Made by a program: the position numbers and the translations under genes. Below the pieces are notes generated by a model that made no database searches, was not told the DNA's origin, and was given only the letters and a program-made list of their open reading frames with translations. 28,296 bases of DNA from Acaryochloridaceae cyanobacterium VAR_48_metabat_390 (GTDB lineage: Bacteria > Cyanobacteriota > Cyanobacteriia > Thermosynechococcales > Thermosynechococcaceae), in NCBI GenBank assembly GCA_031422435.1, contig JANPLU010000067.1, positions 1 to 28,296 on the forward strand. The letters are read 5' to 3'. How positions within the stretch are numbered: the first letter of the stretch is position 1; every line of letters begins with the position of its first letter. Below are positions 27,004 to 28,296 of the stretch, piece by piece.

Positions 27004-28296
27004 ATGTCTCCACTTTTGAACCAAGCGGTAGAGGGTTCTCAATCTGAAGCAGGACTTCAGATGCTGCTGTCTTCATTATTAGAACTCTCGCCTTCTCCCA
27101 TTGCCGTGGTGAGCCAGGAGCATCATCATATCCTCTTGCAAAATGACCTGGTAGCGCCTTTGTTCGGTGCTCTCCATCGTACCGCGTTAACTAGCCTTAG
27201 CCCTGATTTTTACGGCAGCCCAACGGACTATGCCGAATTCATCGCTTCTCTTAACCAGAAGACGGTACTCCTAGACTATCGGGTACAGCTTAAACGCTGC
27301 ACCGGAGAACTGTTTAATGCCCTGGTTTCCGCGAAAGCCATTCACTATGAAGGGAATCCTGCATTTTTACTGGTGTGGAGCGATGTTACGCCCCAGAGTC
27401 CAGGCCAGGACGCTACCTGCTTGCTTACTGTGCGGCAAGAGATTGCCCGACACCACGCAGCCGAGGTGGAGTGGCAAAAATTTGTAGCGCTCGTGGAGAA
27501 CAGCAGCGATTTTATTGCGATGTCTTCTTTGGAGGGAAAGATTTTATACGTCAATGAAGCGGGGCGTAGACTTGTGGGGCTAGAAACCCTAGAAGCAGCT
27601 CAAGCCTTAGATGTCGCAGCCTACTTACCAGAGGAAGATGTAGCCCATTTTTGTGAGGTGACTCTGCCGACAATTCATGGGGTGGGGCGGCACGAAGGGG
27701 TGGGAAAACTGCACCATTTTAAGACGGGGGAATGTATTGATGTGCATCGCAGTTGCTTTGTAGTCAAGCATCCCCAGACTGGTGAGGTGCTGTGTCTTGC
27801 CACGATCCAACGGAACATAACCGACCAAAAGCAGGCGGAACGGGCACTTCAAAAGAGTGAAGAGCGGTTTCGGGCGATCGCCGAAGCCTTGCCCATTCCG
27901 ATGACCATTAGCAGCGTCGCGGATGGGGCAATTCTCTACGCCAATCGGCAGGGGGAGTTGACCTTTGGGGCATTTGAGAAGACGCTGATTGGTCAAAATA
28001 TCTCGGCACTTTACGATGACCCGAAGGATCGTCAAGTCCTTGGAGAGCAGGTTTTACAGAACGGATACGTTGCCCGCCAGGAAGTTCGGGTAAAAAAGCT
28101 GAACGGGTTAACGTTCTGGGTTAACGTTTCACTTCAACGCCTGACTCTTGACGATCAGCCCGTCATCCTCAGTACGTTCTACGATATTACCGCTCGTAAA
28201 CAAGCAGATAACCTTCTCCACACCCGTGCCCGACAGCAAGCCGCTTTGTCAGAGCTAGGTCAACGTGCCCTGTCAGGCACGGACATTTCGATGCTA
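27004..28296 (+). CDS. Multi-PAS sensor protein (three PAS then start of a GAF), truncated by the window end; not in the ORF track
   Basis: Open 431 codons from ATG 27004: ELSPSPIAVV..., LVENSSDFIAMSSLEGKILYVNEAG...NITDQKQAE, SEERFRAIAEALPIP...DITARKQA, RARQQAALSELGQRAL. Confidence 0.92.
   Translation, partial: MSPLLNQAVEGSQSEAGLQMLLSSLLELSPSPIAVVSQEHHHILLQNDLVAPLFGALHRTALTSLSPDFYGSPTDYAEFIASLNQKTVLLDYRVQLKRCTGELFNALVSAKAIHYEGNPAFLLVWSDVTPQSPGQDATCLLTVRQEIARHHAAEVEWQKFVALVENSSDFIAMSSLEGKILYVNEAGRRLVGLETLEAAQALDVAAYLPEEDVAHFCEVTLPTIHGVGRHEGVGKLHHFKTGECIDVHRSCFVVKHPQTGEVLCLATIQRNITDQKQAERALQKSEERFRAIAEALPIPMTISSVADGAILYANRQGELTFGAFEKTLIGQNISALYDDPKDRQVLGEQVLQNGYVARQEVRVKKLNGLTFWVNVSLQRLTLDDQPVILSTFYDITARKQADNLLHTRARQQAALSELGQRALSGTDISML

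Larger units (their letters stand above)
2406..27881. repeat. Dispersed HIP1 octamers GCGATCGC
   Basis: Seen at 2406, 3548, 3671, 4943, 6595, 7794, 7872, 11705, 11726, 14257, 14678, 16722, 17466, 19007, 20365, 20402, 21518, 25141, 25385, 26408, 27874. Confidence 0.9.

Noticed and set aside
27345..28035. ORF-track entries 27345-27554, 27375-27557 and 27625-28035
   Set aside because: Shadows of the long PAS gene starting at 27004; the same applies to other short ORFs nested in or antisense to well-supported genes

Overview
Cyanobacterial DNA: about 21 HIP1 GCGATCGC octamers counted by eye, plus crtO, DUF1816, DUF4351 and a WGxxGxxG protein. It is a mosaic accessory region. (i) 1-1827: the end of an IS903-like IS5 element that truncates a small gene, a perfect 14-bp palindrome that looks like a bidirectional promoter/operator, and a coupled Cas4/RecB-like PD-(D/E)XK + HNH nuclease pair. 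(ii) 1967-7921: small stress and housekeeping genes (Cys-less HMA protein, SDR remnant, WGxxGxxG, slipin, Zn-finger protein, DUF4351 remnant, DUF4342, DUF1816, arfB, histidine phosphatase). (iii) 7996-11128: a TA-flanked MITE, an orphan CheB and a coiled-coil/PAS/GAF histidine kinase. (iv) 11408-21491: lipid and carotenoid genes (PAP2, DAG kinase, DUF2231, crtO, saccharopine-DH-like, GAF/DUF3891, acyltransferase + alpha/beta hydrolase). (v) 21904-25764: a partly decayed minus-strand redox/stress cluster. (vi) a multi-PAS sensor running off the right edge. No CRISPR array, tRNA or rRNA was seen. All family calls come from motif recognition, not database searches.
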